IMG/VR virus record: IMGVR_UViG_3300044638_006409
Span: 1-64,000 of that record
DNA from: a virus
Direction: 5' to 3' (one strand)
Length of the DNA stretch: 64,000 nucleotides
Both the position numbers and the translations under genes were made by a program. Under the pieces are notes generated by a model. That model worked only from the letters and a program-made list of their open reading frames with translations. It did no database searches and had not been told where the DNA came from. This document shows positions 48,601-59,171 of the stretch, in pieces. Each line of letters starts with the position of its first letter. Positions within the stretch are counted from its first letter, which is position 1.

Positions 48601-51323
48601 TGAATAGTCGAGTAATTAATGGTCATAGTTTGATTCATGTAGTTAATACAAGTGATTGTTGTTATAACACCAATTTCTGTGTATGGCCACAAGATACGAT
48701 AACATTGAGAAACTTTAGAGAGTGGAGTGAACAAGTAATTGTTTTTATGGTTCGAGGTGTTGACCCTTATTCCGATAGAATTGAAATTGAATACGATTTG
48801 AGTAGATTGTTTGGGTATCCATTAGATAACCAAGGTAGACCAAACGGACCAGTTATAGTTAGAGGGTCTAATTATAAAATGAATATCCCAATCCAAGGTC
48901 GTTATAAATCTGTAAAACACTATGCAAATAGTACAAATGGTGTCGACCCAAATACAAATCAATTTTTATATTATCCATCATATAGATTTAGAGATAGTAC
49001 AACAGGTAGTGCTAGGTATACTGGTTTTACCTCTAATTTACCAGCCTACTATTCATCCTTAGATGAAACAACACCAACTAACTTTTTTACTGGTGCTAAC
49101 TTGTTAAGAGACACTTTGGATACTGGTACAGCAAATGTTTATGGTGGTAGTGGATATTTGAAAGTTATTGGTGCACCTATCAAACAAAATGGTTTGAATG
49201 TAAATGATGAAAGAAATTTGAGGAATGTGTTCCAAGTAACTTTAAGTAGAAGGGATGCTGTCCCTTGTAGATGGTTCACTTCTCAGAATAATGAGATATC
49301 CACTCTTGGTGGTTCACCAATATCACAGAATGTAGCCGCACCTACTGCTAGTGCACAGTGTAATCCTGGTGGTTTGGGTGTTAATGTTCAATTTTATAAG
49401 AATACTGGATATTTTCCAAACGAAATAGTAGATGGGGGTTCATATATGAGTGGTGAGATGGATAAAGAAAGAAATCTTGGTATATTTAGTCCCAATAGAC
49501 AAGAATTAAGTTTTAAAACTTGGTACTATTCGCCAACATATGATGATACACAAAGAATGGGGTATCAATTCAACGCAATAGACGATAGAATTGTAATGCG
49601 TTCTGACAGATTACCAACTTCAACAAATACATTCAGAAATGGGGCTAATAGTTATGCTTGGCAGGCAAATATAAGTTTGAGTGTTTATATAATTTCTGAT
49701 GATGGAACTTTCTTTAATGGCACTGGTTCACCTGTTGGTAGTCCATCATTTGCAAGTATCAGTCAATCAATTGAAGAGAATAATCTAAACATACAAGCTT
49801 TAAATACTTTTGATTGTCAATCTTTAGTACCACTTAGTTGTTATTATGTACCAAATGGTGCAACTGAGATAGCTGTTAGACCAACTGGTAATAATTGTTA
49901 TACCAATGGAGTTTCTAGTGATAGACAACTAATTATGCAAGGAGGATGTTATGTATTTATTACCACACCATTCAAGTCCTTAGATAAAGACCTAACACTA
50001 CTTTGGGAGTGGACATCTAGAATTCAGATTAATTTTGCGGCATGTAGGAATGTATTTTCACACATTTTTACAAATAATTGGATTAATGGTTCTCTTTTTG
50101 CGTTCTCTATACAAAATAGTAGATTTTTTGATAGTAACAACCAACCATTCAGTGTTTATTGTTATGACACTATGATTTTAGACCCAAATACTAATAATTT
50201 CTATTATAGGTCTAGTCCCTTCACAAATATAAATGTGACACCACCAGCACCAAATTCACCAGTGAGGGTTGGTGTATTTAGAGGTAGCCCTAAACCATCA
50301 GCCCCATCAATTTTTGGAATTAGTTTACCATCGTACAAAGGAAATAACAGAAATTTGAAATTTCCAACCACTATGATTGATTTAGGACCGAGAAGTCAAT
50401 ATTTACAAGAATTAGTTTATTCAAACCAGTTCGATGGTTTTATGGTTAATAGATTAAAAGAAACATCTTACCAAGATGTGTCTGAAATCTTAAATGTTTT
50501 TATCATCAATAGAATCACAAATAAAAGGGTATTGGATCGTTTCTTAAACAGAACTGCAATTAATGTTAGATTATTCTTTGATAATAATCGTGATAATTTA
50601 TTTGTAGATGGGGATTACGCTCAAATGATTTCGATTAATTCTGAGTTAGGAGTTTACGAGTTCAATGCTATAAATTATCCACCAGTGGGTGGACCTAACG
50701 ACCAAGACCCATTGTTTTTCAATAATCCAAATGCTAGGGATCCTGTTTTTGGTATATTCTTTTCATCTGAGACACAGACTAGAGATTTCGTGTCACCTCG
50801 TAGAACCATTCTAAATCCAAATTTACCAATACTTGGGAACAACAATTGTTCTTTCGATTCAATAGGGACTTTTTCACAAGAAGTACCTTTTTATCAATGG
50901 CAAATACAAGAAAATAGTGAAGGTTTGGGTGAAAGTATTTTTGGTTCTGAACGAAACGATTGGTTTACTCAATTTATTGAACAATATGTTAACGATGACC
51001 CGAATTATCCATATTTAAGTTATTTTAAATACAATTATCAATCACTTGATAGATTATTTAAATACTCCAGATACTACAGACCATCTGGGTTTGGGAATCC
51101 ACTAAATGGTGATTTTAAAGGATTCATCTATTCTATTGATAGAAATCAACCTACACCTGAATATGAGACAACATACCGACTTCAAAATCCACCCAACGAT
51201 TATGAAGCTAGAGTTTTCCAAGTGGGTGCACCATTCTTCTTTTATTTTGGACTTAAGAAAGGTAAAACAGCATGGGATAAATTTTCAAAAAAATGGTTAG
51301 ATTTTAATAATATAGTAGAATAA
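45621..51323 (+). CDS. Giant putative virion protein (about 1900 aa) with N-terminal beta-sandwich, hydrophobic segment and C1q-like domain
   Basis: VVGRL...GIPNARISV...TNDSGDYMIFGVPLG (carboxypeptidase-regulatory-like); LLYLLFIILIFIARPILNIFLIVAHLVAYIL; TYVVPENGTYTITLTV...INLNLGNTIAV. Confidence 0.6.
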   Translation: MSNSYRIRTQVGVDKSINVQLEQDFEFLEILSLKITQSQIYTRQCSDYGVVVGRLTANDGFGIPNARISVFIPLSDQDQLNPIISDLYPYRSLTTTNDDGFRYNLLPKTQSHSGHVPTGSFFDKEQVLLDPNYIEVFDKYYRYTTITNDSGDYMIFGVPLGSQTIHVDVDLSDIGEFSLAPQDLIRNGIATENQVAGNKFRKSTNLNELPQIVSFNRTLEVVPLWGQPEVCSLGITRTDFDLATEANVTITPTAIFMGSIFSTNDKDYQRRNCKPKSKQGELCNLVAGPGEILAIRQTIFEDEVGRPILETYDLESGGQVIDENGAWLVDVPMNLDYVITNEFGERVLSNDPKKGIPTKAKYRFKIKWNQSPKLSETVKRGYFLVPNVREYGWTNVGVDPRSYYEPTNPNYESYLAFIKSYAFSVDWNDYGLTGTTIGEEMIQSAINCEDKFYPMIFNKVYSVSQLIDQYRNGYLPDRIISVKNILDDTCESDNVRFPTNDTVYRFDLLYLLFIILIFIARPILNIFLIVAHLVAYILQQLGIPDWRRIANMEVPNLTYPECDLCECQEGKRALGPGPTAAELAFDVNLGLSAYISPLTQFSYWDGPITQGLFGIQQLLSGNNTLGLNYGSPQLETVFTDGPGNSTGKGFTNSLPLYERINLFNVKAKYFDQLNQFVNPGGGYNRIKVNFAPTENGYYGETFYNQYNTEKLGVLVSGGTTFNNPDPNTYSILNPIPFQNQLAQPTSSLVLNPWNSGSNTYVVPENGTYTITLTVNASSYTSGQKNFHLVINGTTQAAPFITLFPASSVPQGYTLSTTINLNLGNTIAVELQQKGLPANMTYTYQLQISGRPFGYGNSNERYHLDNVMMLMVKPDKITELRPGTILSFQNPELSSDVNVTGYTIVNQFGSTSSTGTTKNTTSGILVPYANPNGSGNWFGPGFPGGQGQSFYQVTQNNVINEHKFAIDIEYFQVITAMTVNDYISVLPPNNLSDSLNSRVINGHSLIHVVNTSDCCYNTNFCVWPQDTITLRNFREWSEQVIVFMVRGVDPYSDRIEIEYDLSRLFGYPLDNQGRPNGPVIVRGSNYKMNIPIQGRYKSVKHYANSTNGVDPNTNQFLYYPSYRFRDSTTGSARYTGFTSNLPAYYSSLDETTPTNFFTGANLLRDTLDTGTANVYGGSGYLKVIGAPIKQNGLNVNDERNLRNVFQVTLSRRDAVPCRWFTSQNNEISTLGGSPISQNVAAPTASAQCNPGGLGVNVQFYKNTGYFPNEIVDGGSYMSGEMDKERNLGIFSPNRQELSFKTWYYSPTYDDTQRMGYQFNAIDDRIVMRSDRLPTSTNTFRNGANSYAWQANISLSVYIISDDGTFFNGTGSPVGSPSFASISQSIEENNLNIQALNTFDCQSLVPLSCYYVPNGATEIAVRPTGNNCYTNGVSSDRQLIMQGGCYVFITTPFKSLDKDLTLLWEWTSRIQINFAACRNVFSHIFTNNWINGSLFAFSIQNSRFFDSNNQPFSVYCYDTMILDPNTNNFYYRSSPFTNINVTPPAPNSPVRVGVFRGSPKPSAPSIFGISLPSYKGNNRNLKFPTTMIDLGPRSQYLQELVYSNQFDGFMVNRLKETSYQDVSEILNVFIINRITNKRVLDRFLNRTAINVRLFFDNNRDNLFVDGDYAQMISINSELGVYEFNAINYPPVGGPNDQDPLFFNNPNARDPVFGIFFSSETQTRDFVSPRRTILNPNLPILGNNNCSFDSIGTFSQEVPFYQWQIQENSEGLGESIFGSERNDWFTQFIEQYVNDDPNYPYLSYFKYNYQSLDRLFKYSRYYRPSGFGNPLNGDFKGFIYSIDRNQPTPEYETTYRLQNPPNDYEARVFQVGAPFFFYFGLKKGKTAWDKFSKKWLDFNNIVE

Positions 51324-53098
51324 TGGGTAATATTAATAACATAAGAGTTGTTTTAGGTTCACTAAGATACAAATCGGCACCGGATACTACATTGTCTTTT
51401 GGAGTTCCTCTAAAACAAACAATGAAAGAACTTACAGAATATGACAGAAATATTGATGTGGGACTCGAACAACTTTTTCAAGATGAAAGAGCTAAATCAG
51501 ACAAGTTCAGACCTACATCAAAAATGTCTATAATTTTTCTAAACTCTTATACTGGTTTTACTAATTATACACCATTTGAAAATAATTTATATTATGTAAA
51601 TGAGGTGGAATCTGCCGCTCAACAATGTTTAGTTGGTAATCCAGCCCTAGTACCTTGGTCTGGGTTTCCTCAGTTCTTTGAGTTCGATTTTATTAGAACA
51701 GATAATAATGTTAGTGGGTATACCCAAGCTTCAGGTAATACATTACCCCCTTTATCACATTTAACTTTTGTTAGTAAAAGTGCCACTTCTTACAATTGGG
51801 GAGTTTATTTGACATACCCCATTTATAATGATTACGAAAGAAGACTATTTGTTACAGACCTATCAGGATTTTCACATACATGGAATGTGTCTGATGGAAT
51901 ACCATTCACAATAATTAGAGGTAATACCTTCAATGGGAGAAATTTAATACAATTTTTGTGTCCATTTGCCCATGGATTGAATGTTGGTGATTATGTGTCA
52001 TTAAATTTTAGTTATACCGGTAGAACTATTCAAAATATATTTCAAGTTTATACTTTGGGAACTAATTTCTCCTCTTACCAAGATACTGTTTTTAATATTG
52101 TTGATGTGGGATTTACAGGTAATACTTTTTCAAACTATAGAAGAGGAAGATTTAAAAAAGTAATTTTACCTGGTAATACGGCAGATACTACATCACAATA
52201 CTATGTTAGAGTACACAAGGTAATTTCTAATCCTGAGGATGTTGTTCTTGTAAAAACAGGTTTTGAACAAAATGTTTTCGGTTCTAAAAAGAAATATGAA
52301 AGTAGTGGTTTTACTCCTACTAAACAAGCACGAGTGTCTATAAAAGATGGCTCTCCATCATACACATTGTCTTTCAACAAGACTTTTTCTTTAGAAAACT
52401 TAATTGATAACCAAAAAAGACCTATCAGTGAATTGTTTTTCTCAGTAGTATGGAGAGGTTATTTCGGTTGGACATTGAGACCAAATTATCCGCTTAAAGA
52501 GGGATATGGGTTTAATTTACCATTGGTAAATCAAGAACCTCAAACTTGGTGGACTACCCCATTATCCAATGTTACTGGTATTACATTGAATACATATAGT
52601 AAATTTTCTGATGGTATTAATTATAATTTTTATTATAATGATACTCTAAAGGAGGGTGATTATATTAATGGGGACTTATGTGAATGGAATAATTTTACAC
52701 AAGAAGAAAGAGTAATATCAAAACTATATCATAAAATAACCTATAACCCTGATGTCTTTAATATACAAACAGACATAATCAATCCTTTGGGGTATTATTA
52801 CCAACCACACTATGGTATAAAAACTAGAGTTTTTTCTGATTATATTGAAGAAGAAACTGCAAGAAACTTGGTAGGTGTACCTGATTATGGATATTATTCG
52901 ACATCGACAAACACATTCAGATGGAGAGATGTTTATCCTTATGGTTTTGTTGACTCAACAAATTTGGGGGTCAACCATCCTTTCATTAATGGTTGTCATT
53001 ATCCATTTGGTAATTATTATTTTAGAATAATTCCTGAAGGAACTAATTATAAAGAAGATAAATCAACCCCTCAACCAATAATAGATAATTGTGAGTAA
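51323..53098 (+). CDS. Hypothetical structural protein
   Basis: 591 aa, aromatic/Asn-rich, coupled by TAATG overlap within the baseplate operon. Confidence 0.65.
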   Translation: MGNINNIRVVLGSLRYKSAPDTTLSFGVPLKQTMKELTEYDRNIDVGLEQLFQDERAKSDKFRPTSKMSIIFLNSYTGFTNYTPFENNLYYVNEVESAAQQCLVGNPALVPWSGFPQFFEFDFIRTDNNVSGYTQASGNTLPPLSHLTFVSKSATSYNWGVYLTYPIYNDYERRLFVTDLSGFSHTWNVSDGIPFTIIRGNTFNGRNLIQFLCPFAHGLNVGDYVSLNFSYTGRTIQNIFQVYTLGTNFSSYQDTVFNIVDVGFTGNTFSNYRRGRFKKVILPGNTADTTSQYYVRVHKVISNPEDVVLVKTGFEQNVFGSKKKYESSGFTPTKQARVSIKDGSPSYTLSFNKTFSLENLIDNQKRPISELFFSVVWRGYFGWTLRPNYPLKEGYGFNLPLVNQEPQTWWTTPLSNVTGITLNTYSKFSDGINYNFYYNDTLKEGDYINGDLCEWNNFTQEERVISKLYHKITYNPDVFNIQTDIINPLGYYYQPHYGIKTRVFSDYIEEETARNLVGVPDYGYYSTSTNTFRWRDVYPYGFVDSTNLGVNHPFINGCHYPFGNYYFRIIPEGTNYKEDKSTPQPIIDNCE

Positions 53099-53909
53099 CC
53101 AATTTTATTTTACATTACCTACAACAAACAAAACTATTAACTTACCTATAGAAATCAAATGGGATTTCTTAAATAGGACTGATAGTATTGAAATCTATGA
53201 AGATTTTATTTTAGGGGAAGTTATTGGTCTACCTAAGGACTTTGAAGTTACTAGGTTTAGTCATGCTGAGTATAGTCCTAATGAACAAACGAAAATAAGA
53301 TATGAATTCTATTTTTGGAATCAAAATTCGTTACAACCAATATCTACAACAACGAATGTAAATGATTGGCAAAGTTCATATTTAACTGAGGGTTTCACAA
53401 GTGCTGAGGTATATTATTTTACAAATTCATTTACAAACTCCTTTTTTAAACTCGATTTTTACGACACTAACGATGTAAAAACACAAAAAAATTATTTTAC
53501 GGTAATAATTCCAGTTCAGCAAGGTGAAACAATGTCGGCATCCACTTCTAACCAAACACCTAATGTCCAAATAAAAAAACCAATTTTCAATTTGGATTTT
53601 ATTGGTGATAAAGAAGGTTTCTTTTTTTATTGGTTATTGGATAGAGAATATTTGAATTTAGATACATTTTATATGTCAGCAAAGTTCTTTGATGCTAAAC
53701 TTGGTGTCTTCGTTAAGATGATGACAACACCACAAGCATCATTACCGAGTAATCGATTCACCTTCGATGGAAGTCGATACTTTTTTTATCAAGTCAAATT
53801 GGACTACGATAATAAAACATACAAAGTTTTTGAATTTCCTTACGATAATATCGATAGAGTTGGGATTACAAATAAACCCATAAAATGGTATGAATACGTA
53901 AATCCATAA
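53091..53909 (+). CDS. Hypothetical structural protein
   Basis: 272 aa, GTG start overlapping the upstream gene. Confidence 0.65.
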   Translation: MSNQFYFTLPTTNKTINLPIEIKWDFLNRTDSIEIYEDFILGEVIGLPKDFEVTRFSHAEYSPNEQTKIRYEFYFWNQNSLQPISTTTNVNDWQSSYLTEGFTSAEVYYFTNSFTNSFFKLDFYDTNDVKTQKNYFTVIIPVQQGETMSASTSNQTPNVQIKKPIFNLDFIGDKEGFFFYWLLDREYLNLDTFYMSAKFFDAKLGVFVKMMTTPQASLPSNRFTFDGSRYFFYQVKLDYDNKTYKVFEFPYDNIDRVGITNKPIKWYEYVNP

Positions 53910-55099
53910 TGCAAGAACAAACATATCATATAAGGATTTCTCCTGAAAATCTTAAAAACGATTTGAAATTAGGAAGGTTCATTTTGGGCTCAGTTCCAAC
54001 ACCTATCAGTGCTGACCCTTGTTGCTCAATCGTTTCAATTTCAAATACACCACCATCTAACTATAGTGGGTATACTTTTTTCTATCCCCCTTTACCTGAT
54101 ATCTTATCGGGTGGTACAAATGGTTCATCATTGTTAACAGGTTTGACAATACCGATTATGTTAACTCAAAATACTGTAGATATAGGATATTATTCATTAT
54201 TTGATGGAATGATTTTCCAACAAGACACAATCACTAATTTTATTTTTTCTGGAAACCCATCTAATGCCTATAGAGTCTTTTTAACAAATACTTCTGCACT
54301 ATCGGCCAAAAAATTCTTGGAGTTTTCAACTTACACAATAGATTGGGGAGATAACACACCAACAGAATCAGTTCCTTCTAACTTGGGGAATAATTATTTC
54401 CATGATTATCCATCAAGTAGTGCTAACTATACAATTACTATGTCGGGTAATAGTCCTTGGGGTTTAAATATAGTAAAAAAAACAATAACATTACCAATTA
54501 GTGGTGTAACTATTCCTAACCCAAATGGTACAGCATATTTTGTACCACAAGGTGGTAGTTGGTCTGGTACACCATTGAGTTATGATTATCTATTTTCGGG
54601 AGACTCCAGTTGTGATTTTGCGTTAGAATCGTATGATGATTTCACATCAGTACCTTTTTTAGTAACTGGATACACTAAATCCTCTCTGAATGATTTAAGA
54701 GTCTATGGTAATAGAAATAATTTATATGGTGGAGGTTTCATTTTAGGTTTCCCAATTACAGGAAGTTCAGGTGTAATTGGAACTTTTCACGGCCCCGATA
54801 GTTCAGGTCTTTTTACCTCATATACAATAAATGATATATTATACTATGATTATATAGATGGTACAACTATTTTTTTAGTTGAACAATCTGGATTTACTAA
54901 TGATACTATTGTTTGTTCGGCAATAACAAAAGATGAGGTATTAATGAATGTAATTTCAGAACCTGAAGTACAATCAAATGTTTTTGTTGAGAGGGGTAAG
55001 TTATCTGGGTTAGAAAGACTAATTAGATTGGGTGAAGTTGACAATGTTGGGGATTTGGAAAAGTATGGATATAAATTTTTTAATATTGTAAATATATAA
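53909..55099 (+). CDS. Putative structural protein with PKD-like domain
   Basis: YTIDWGDNTP...HDYP...YTITMS resembles the PKD WDFGDG...HTY motif. Confidence 0.55.
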   Translation: MQEQTYHIRISPENLKNDLKLGRFILGSVPTPISADPCCSIVSISNTPPSNYSGYTFFYPPLPDILSGGTNGSSLLTGLTIPIMLTQNTVDIGYYSLFDGMIFQQDTITNFIFSGNPSNAYRVFLTNTSALSAKKFLEFSTYTIDWGDNTPTESVPSNLGNNYFHDYPSSSANYTITMSGNSPWGLNIVKKTITLPISGVTIPNPNGTAYFVPQGGSWSGTPLSYDYLFSGDSSCDFALESYDDFTSVPFLVTGYTKSSLNDLRVYGNRNNLYGGGFILGFPITGSSGVIGTFHGPDSSGLFTSYTINDILYYDYIDGTTIFLVEQSGFTNDTIVCSAITKDEVLMNVISEPEVQSNVFVERGKLSGLERLIRLGEVDNVGDLEKYGYKFFNIVNI

Positions 55100-55134
55100 G
55101 TTCAATATTTATAAACAAAAGAAAAGTATAAAAA

Positions 55135-56046
55135 ATGGCAACAGGTAGTTATGGTACAATTAGACCGGCAGATGTTTCACCAGAAGATGTTGAGATTATC
55201 TTAAATTATACACCATCAAGAGACGAAACACAAAATTTCGTTCTAACAAAGTTGGATGCAAGAACAATTCTCAAACCTTATTTCAATAACGCAAACACTG
55301 GTGGTAATTCAGGAATTGAGGTCTTAGGTGGATTATATAATTTGACATTACCAAGTGACCAATTTAATAGAGTTGGAATTTACACTCTAATGTTAAGACC
55401 TGTTCAAATTAGAACAAAAATTTTGGATTGTGCCGTTCTATCAACATTACCGAATGTTAGAGGTTTAGTAATAGATTTAAATCAAGTACCTTCGTTATAT
55501 AGAAATAAATTTTTTGAACAAGGTTTAGTTGGATATAGGATTGAGTATTTGAATTCAGATGGTTCTAAAATAGCCAATTTTTTTAGAATAGTTACTTCTT
55601 CATTTTTCTGTGAACCAGTTGTCCAAAATTTAACGAATACATCACAGAAAGCTGTAAGATATAGATACACAGATACAAATACAAATTTAGTATTTTGTAC
55701 TCTATCTCCATCTTCAGCACCATCAAATAAACCAAATGCAATTCCATACATCGGACAACCGAATCAAGACATTATTATTACTAATACCTATTTCAATCCT
55801 ATTACTTTAGATATCGAAATAGCTGAACACGACTTTGGAACATTAGCTATTGCACTATTTGGTAATCAAACGAAATCTATGGAAGATGGTATCTACACTA
55901 TGTATGATAACAATAATAACATTTATAAACAATATAATCTTTACGAAATTAAAGACCAATTCAACGAAACTCTTTATGAGGTTAGACAAGATAGAGGTGA
56001 CAATATTGATACTAACAAAAGTTTTTCTAGAATAACATCACAATAA
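55135..56046 (+). CDS. Hypothetical structural protein
   Basis: 303 aa, preceded by TATTTATA (55106-55113). Confidence 0.65.
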   Translation: MATGSYGTIRPADVSPEDVEIILNYTPSRDETQNFVLTKLDARTILKPYFNNANTGGNSGIEVLGGLYNLTLPSDQFNRVGIYTLMLRPVQIRTKILDCAVLSTLPNVRGLVIDLNQVPSLYRNKFFEQGLVGYRIEYLNSDGSKIANFFRIVTSSFFCEPVVQNLTNTSQKAVRYRYTDTNTNLVFCTLSPSSAPSNKPNAIPYIGQPNQDIIITNTYFNPITLDIEIAEHDFGTLAIALFGNQTKSMEDGIYTMYDNNNNIYKQYNLYEIKDQFNETLYEVRQDRGDNIDTNKSFSRITSQ

Positions 56047-59000
56047 TGGCTAATAATTTTACAGTACCACCGCAACCAGTCACTGGTGCACAAACCTTCT
56101 CAGATAATTTAGTTGGATTACAACTAGTTACAGGTGGGGGTTTGACTAATGCTAACTTTGGATTTTCTACTTCAACAAGTGAAAAGGTCAATAGAAATTT
56201 TATTACGGGTACTTTTTCTGAACCAATCAATTTAAATGGATTGGGTGTTGAAAATATTGGTCAATCCAAAGCAATAATAGAAAATAATTTTAAGGTATAC
56301 CCCAACTTTGACCTCACATTAGTAACAAACTTTACATTATATGGTTCCATGGTAAAGAGGATGTCAGCCTCGATTACTACTATAATTTCTTACTTCCCAG
56401 CCGCATTGGAGTCAACATTTCAGGGTTTGGATTATACTACTGGTGCGACAGTGGAGAATATATTTTACAACGAGGTTACGGATGAAACCACATTCGATTT
56501 AATTGTTTCAAGATTAAGAAATCCATTCGAAATCGATTTTACTATTAATGCAACGAGGAATCTTAGTTTAAGGGAAGTAAAAGTAAGTGATTTGAGGAAT
56601 ATGACCACTGGTTACACTAAATATTCTTTATATTTGGGTAGTTCAGGGTTTTCAATTACAAATATAACACCTACAACAGATTCTTCTTCAGGTGTATTGA
56701 CACTCAGTTCACAAGGTAATCCATTCTCAGGACTTAGTGTTTATTATGGTAATATAGTAATTAGACCTAATGATTCTGAGGTAAACAAAGTTTTCAACGA
56801 AAATTTAGATGAAGTAGAAAACTTCCTTTTGAATCGTAATATTACACCAATTTATACGGCACAATTTGTAACCCCAACTCTAAGTGATGATGGAACTTAT
56901 CTAATAAACACTTCATTATTAACTTGGCCTTTAAATGGTTTTTGGAACATTGACATACAGACTGGAAAATTTACGACTTATCTTACAGAGTTAAATGAGA
57001 TTAGTGAGTTCTTCGATTTGTATCAAACTAATCTAATATCAAGATTTTATACAACACCAGCTTTTAAAGAATTTGACACTCCTGACCAAAAAATGGAGAA
57101 GATTCTACAAATTTATGGTAGAAGTTTTGATGAAACAAAGAAGTTCATAGATGCCTTAGCAAATATGACTTCAGTAAATTATAATGTTGGTGCTGACATA
57201 CCTTCACAACTTTTAAAAAATTTAGCACAAACTTTAGGGTGGACAACAAACATATCACCTATTTCTAACACGGCCTTTTTGGATTCAGTTTTCGGACAAA
57301 CAAATCAAAATCTTTCTCAATACACTGGTTTACCAACACAAACTACACCTGACCAACTTAACTATCAATTTTATAGAAATTTGGTATTAAATTCTGCTTA
57401 TTTATTTAAGTCCAAAGGTACAAGGAAATCGATAGAAATTTTATTGAGATTAATTGGTGCTCCTGAAGCTTTAGTTGAATTTAATGAATTTGTATACTTA
57501 GCTGACCAAAAAATCAATTTGGATGACTTCAATCAACAATATGCCCAAATTTCTGGAGGTACTTATACACAAATATTACCATCTTTAGACCCAACAAATG
57601 TATTTAGAATTTTGGGATACGATTATACTGGTTTTACCACTTCATCAACCTCAGTAAGTGTTAATTTGACAACTGGTGAAATTCCTATGGATGAGTTTGG
57701 TTATCCAACAACTCCACCTGAAAGTGAAGATTACTTCTTCCAAATAGGTAGTGGGTGGTTCGAACAAACACCTCAACATCGAGCACCTGAAGAAGTAGAC
57801 TTAGTTAATTCCACTTTTACAGGAAACAATCCAAATTTTCAAACCACACTGATACCATTCAATTACGGACAAGTTTATTTGAATAGATTTAGAAAGTTCC
57901 CATTTATGTCGTTGGGATATAATTTATCTTCTATTGTCGATAATAACAAAAGTTGGCATGATTCAGAAGTTGGATTGAGGTCTAATAACGAGTCAACATT
58001 CAACGCTAGATACAATGTTGAAGATGATAAGTTGGTTTTGAATGTTAAAAATATGGATTTGTTTATGAATCCAGCTCAAGGTATTGCTTATGATGTTTGG
58101 TATATGTCAAATGAATTTAACTACCCAATACCTAATCAAGGGTTAAATTATGTACCACCAACATATTGTGATCCTAATCCATACACAAACTACCCAAATA
58201 GAGGTGGTGTGGATTGGACTGAAATAAATCCACAACCCCAAAGGAAAACATTTTTCGAATTTGCACAAACATTTTGGAATAATACGATTAATGTTAGAAA
58301 TAGATTATTTGCGTCTAATGGTAAAACTGGTGGTTATCCAACACTTGAGTCTATTTTCTGGAAATACTTACAATCTAAAGAAACTATTAATATACCTAAC
58401 AATAATTTCAGTTATGAAACAATGTTGGAGTATGTACAAGGTATAGGTGATTATTGGATAAGAATGGTTGAACAAATGATACCAACCACAACTATATGGA
58501 ATACAGGTACTAAATTGGAAAATTCTATATTTCACAGACAAAAATTTGTTTGGAGAAGACAAGAGGGATGTCAAGTTGTACCTTTCGAGATACCAGTACC
58601 AAATCAGGGTGGAACTGGTGTAGGAAATCCTCCGGTAATAAGTAATCCAAATCAACAAACAGGTAATGATGCCGCGGCTAAAAGATTACCACCAACTTGT
58701 CGTTCATGTAGTACATCGTCATCTATATTCTCATATGATTGTCCGATTGATGCTGTCCAATGTTCAGTATATCCAAGTGAAATTAACCCACAACTCCCTG
58801 ACTTTTTTGCTGTGTTGGGTAATGTTTTGAATACTTACTTGAATGGTAATGGTTATAATATGAATAATTGTGATTTGAATAGTTTAACGACTGAATGGTT
58901 CGTTGATGTACGAATTAATTCAGTACAAGTTATTAGTTATTCATTTTTTAATGGTTTCGGATATAATAATTTAATAACAAGTGCACCAAGTCTATCAGCT

Positions 59001-59171
59001 TGGAAAAATGCTTTAACATTTGCCCTAGAGGATTTAGTTAATTTGGGTTATGATTATTATTTTACAAATAAGGGCAGATTAGTGGTTTATAGTTTATTAT
59101 GTCCTGAAGAAGAACAACAATTCGATTTTAAATTGAATGTTGGGATAAACTTTTCAATATTATGTAGTTAA
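56046..59171 (+). CDS. Baseplate wedge/fibre attachment protein (T4 gp7/P2 gpI-like domain)
   Basis: LLKNLAQTLGW...AYLFKSKGTRKSIEILLRLIG pattern. Confidence 0.6.
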   Translation: MANNFTVPPQPVTGAQTFSDNLVGLQLVTGGGLTNANFGFSTSTSEKVNRNFITGTFSEPINLNGLGVENIGQSKAIIENNFKVYPNFDLTLVTNFTLYGSMVKRMSASITTIISYFPAALESTFQGLDYTTGATVENIFYNEVTDETTFDLIVSRLRNPFEIDFTINATRNLSLREVKVSDLRNMTTGYTKYSLYLGSSGFSITNITPTTDSSSGVLTLSSQGNPFSGLSVYYGNIVIRPNDSEVNKVFNENLDEVENFLLNRNITPIYTAQFVTPTLSDDGTYLINTSLLTWPLNGFWNIDIQTGKFTTYLTELNEISEFFDLYQTNLISRFYTTPAFKEFDTPDQKMEKILQIYGRSFDETKKFIDALANMTSVNYNVGADIPSQLLKNLAQTLGWTTNISPISNTAFLDSVFGQTNQNLSQYTGLPTQTTPDQLNYQFYRNLVLNSAYLFKSKGTRKSIEILLRLIGAPEALVEFNEFVYLADQKINLDDFNQQYAQISGGTYTQILPSLDPTNVFRILGYDYTGFTTSSTSVSVNLTTGEIPMDEFGYPTTPPESEDYFFQIGSGWFEQTPQHRAPEEVDLVNSTFTGNNPNFQTTLIPFNYGQVYLNRFRKFPFMSLGYNLSSIVDNNKSWHDSEVGLRSNNESTFNARYNVEDDKLVLNVKNMDLFMNPAQGIAYDVWYMSNEFNYPIPNQGLNYVPPTYCDPNPYTNYPNRGGVDWTEINPQPQRKTFFEFAQTFWNNTINVRNRLFASNGKTGGYPTLESIFWKYLQSKETINIPNNNFSYETMLEYVQGIGDYWIRMVEQMIPTTTIWNTGTKLENSIFHRQKFVWRRQEGCQVVPFEIPVPNQGGTGVGNPPVISNPNQQTGNDAAAKRLPPTCRSCSTSSSIFSYDCPIDAVQCSVYPSEINPQLPDFFAVLGNVLNTYLNGNGYNMNNCDLNSLTTEWFVDVRINSVQVISYSFFNGFGYNNLITSAPSLSAWKNALTFALEDLVNLGYDYYFTNKGRLVVYSLLCPEEEQQFDFKLNVGINFSILCS

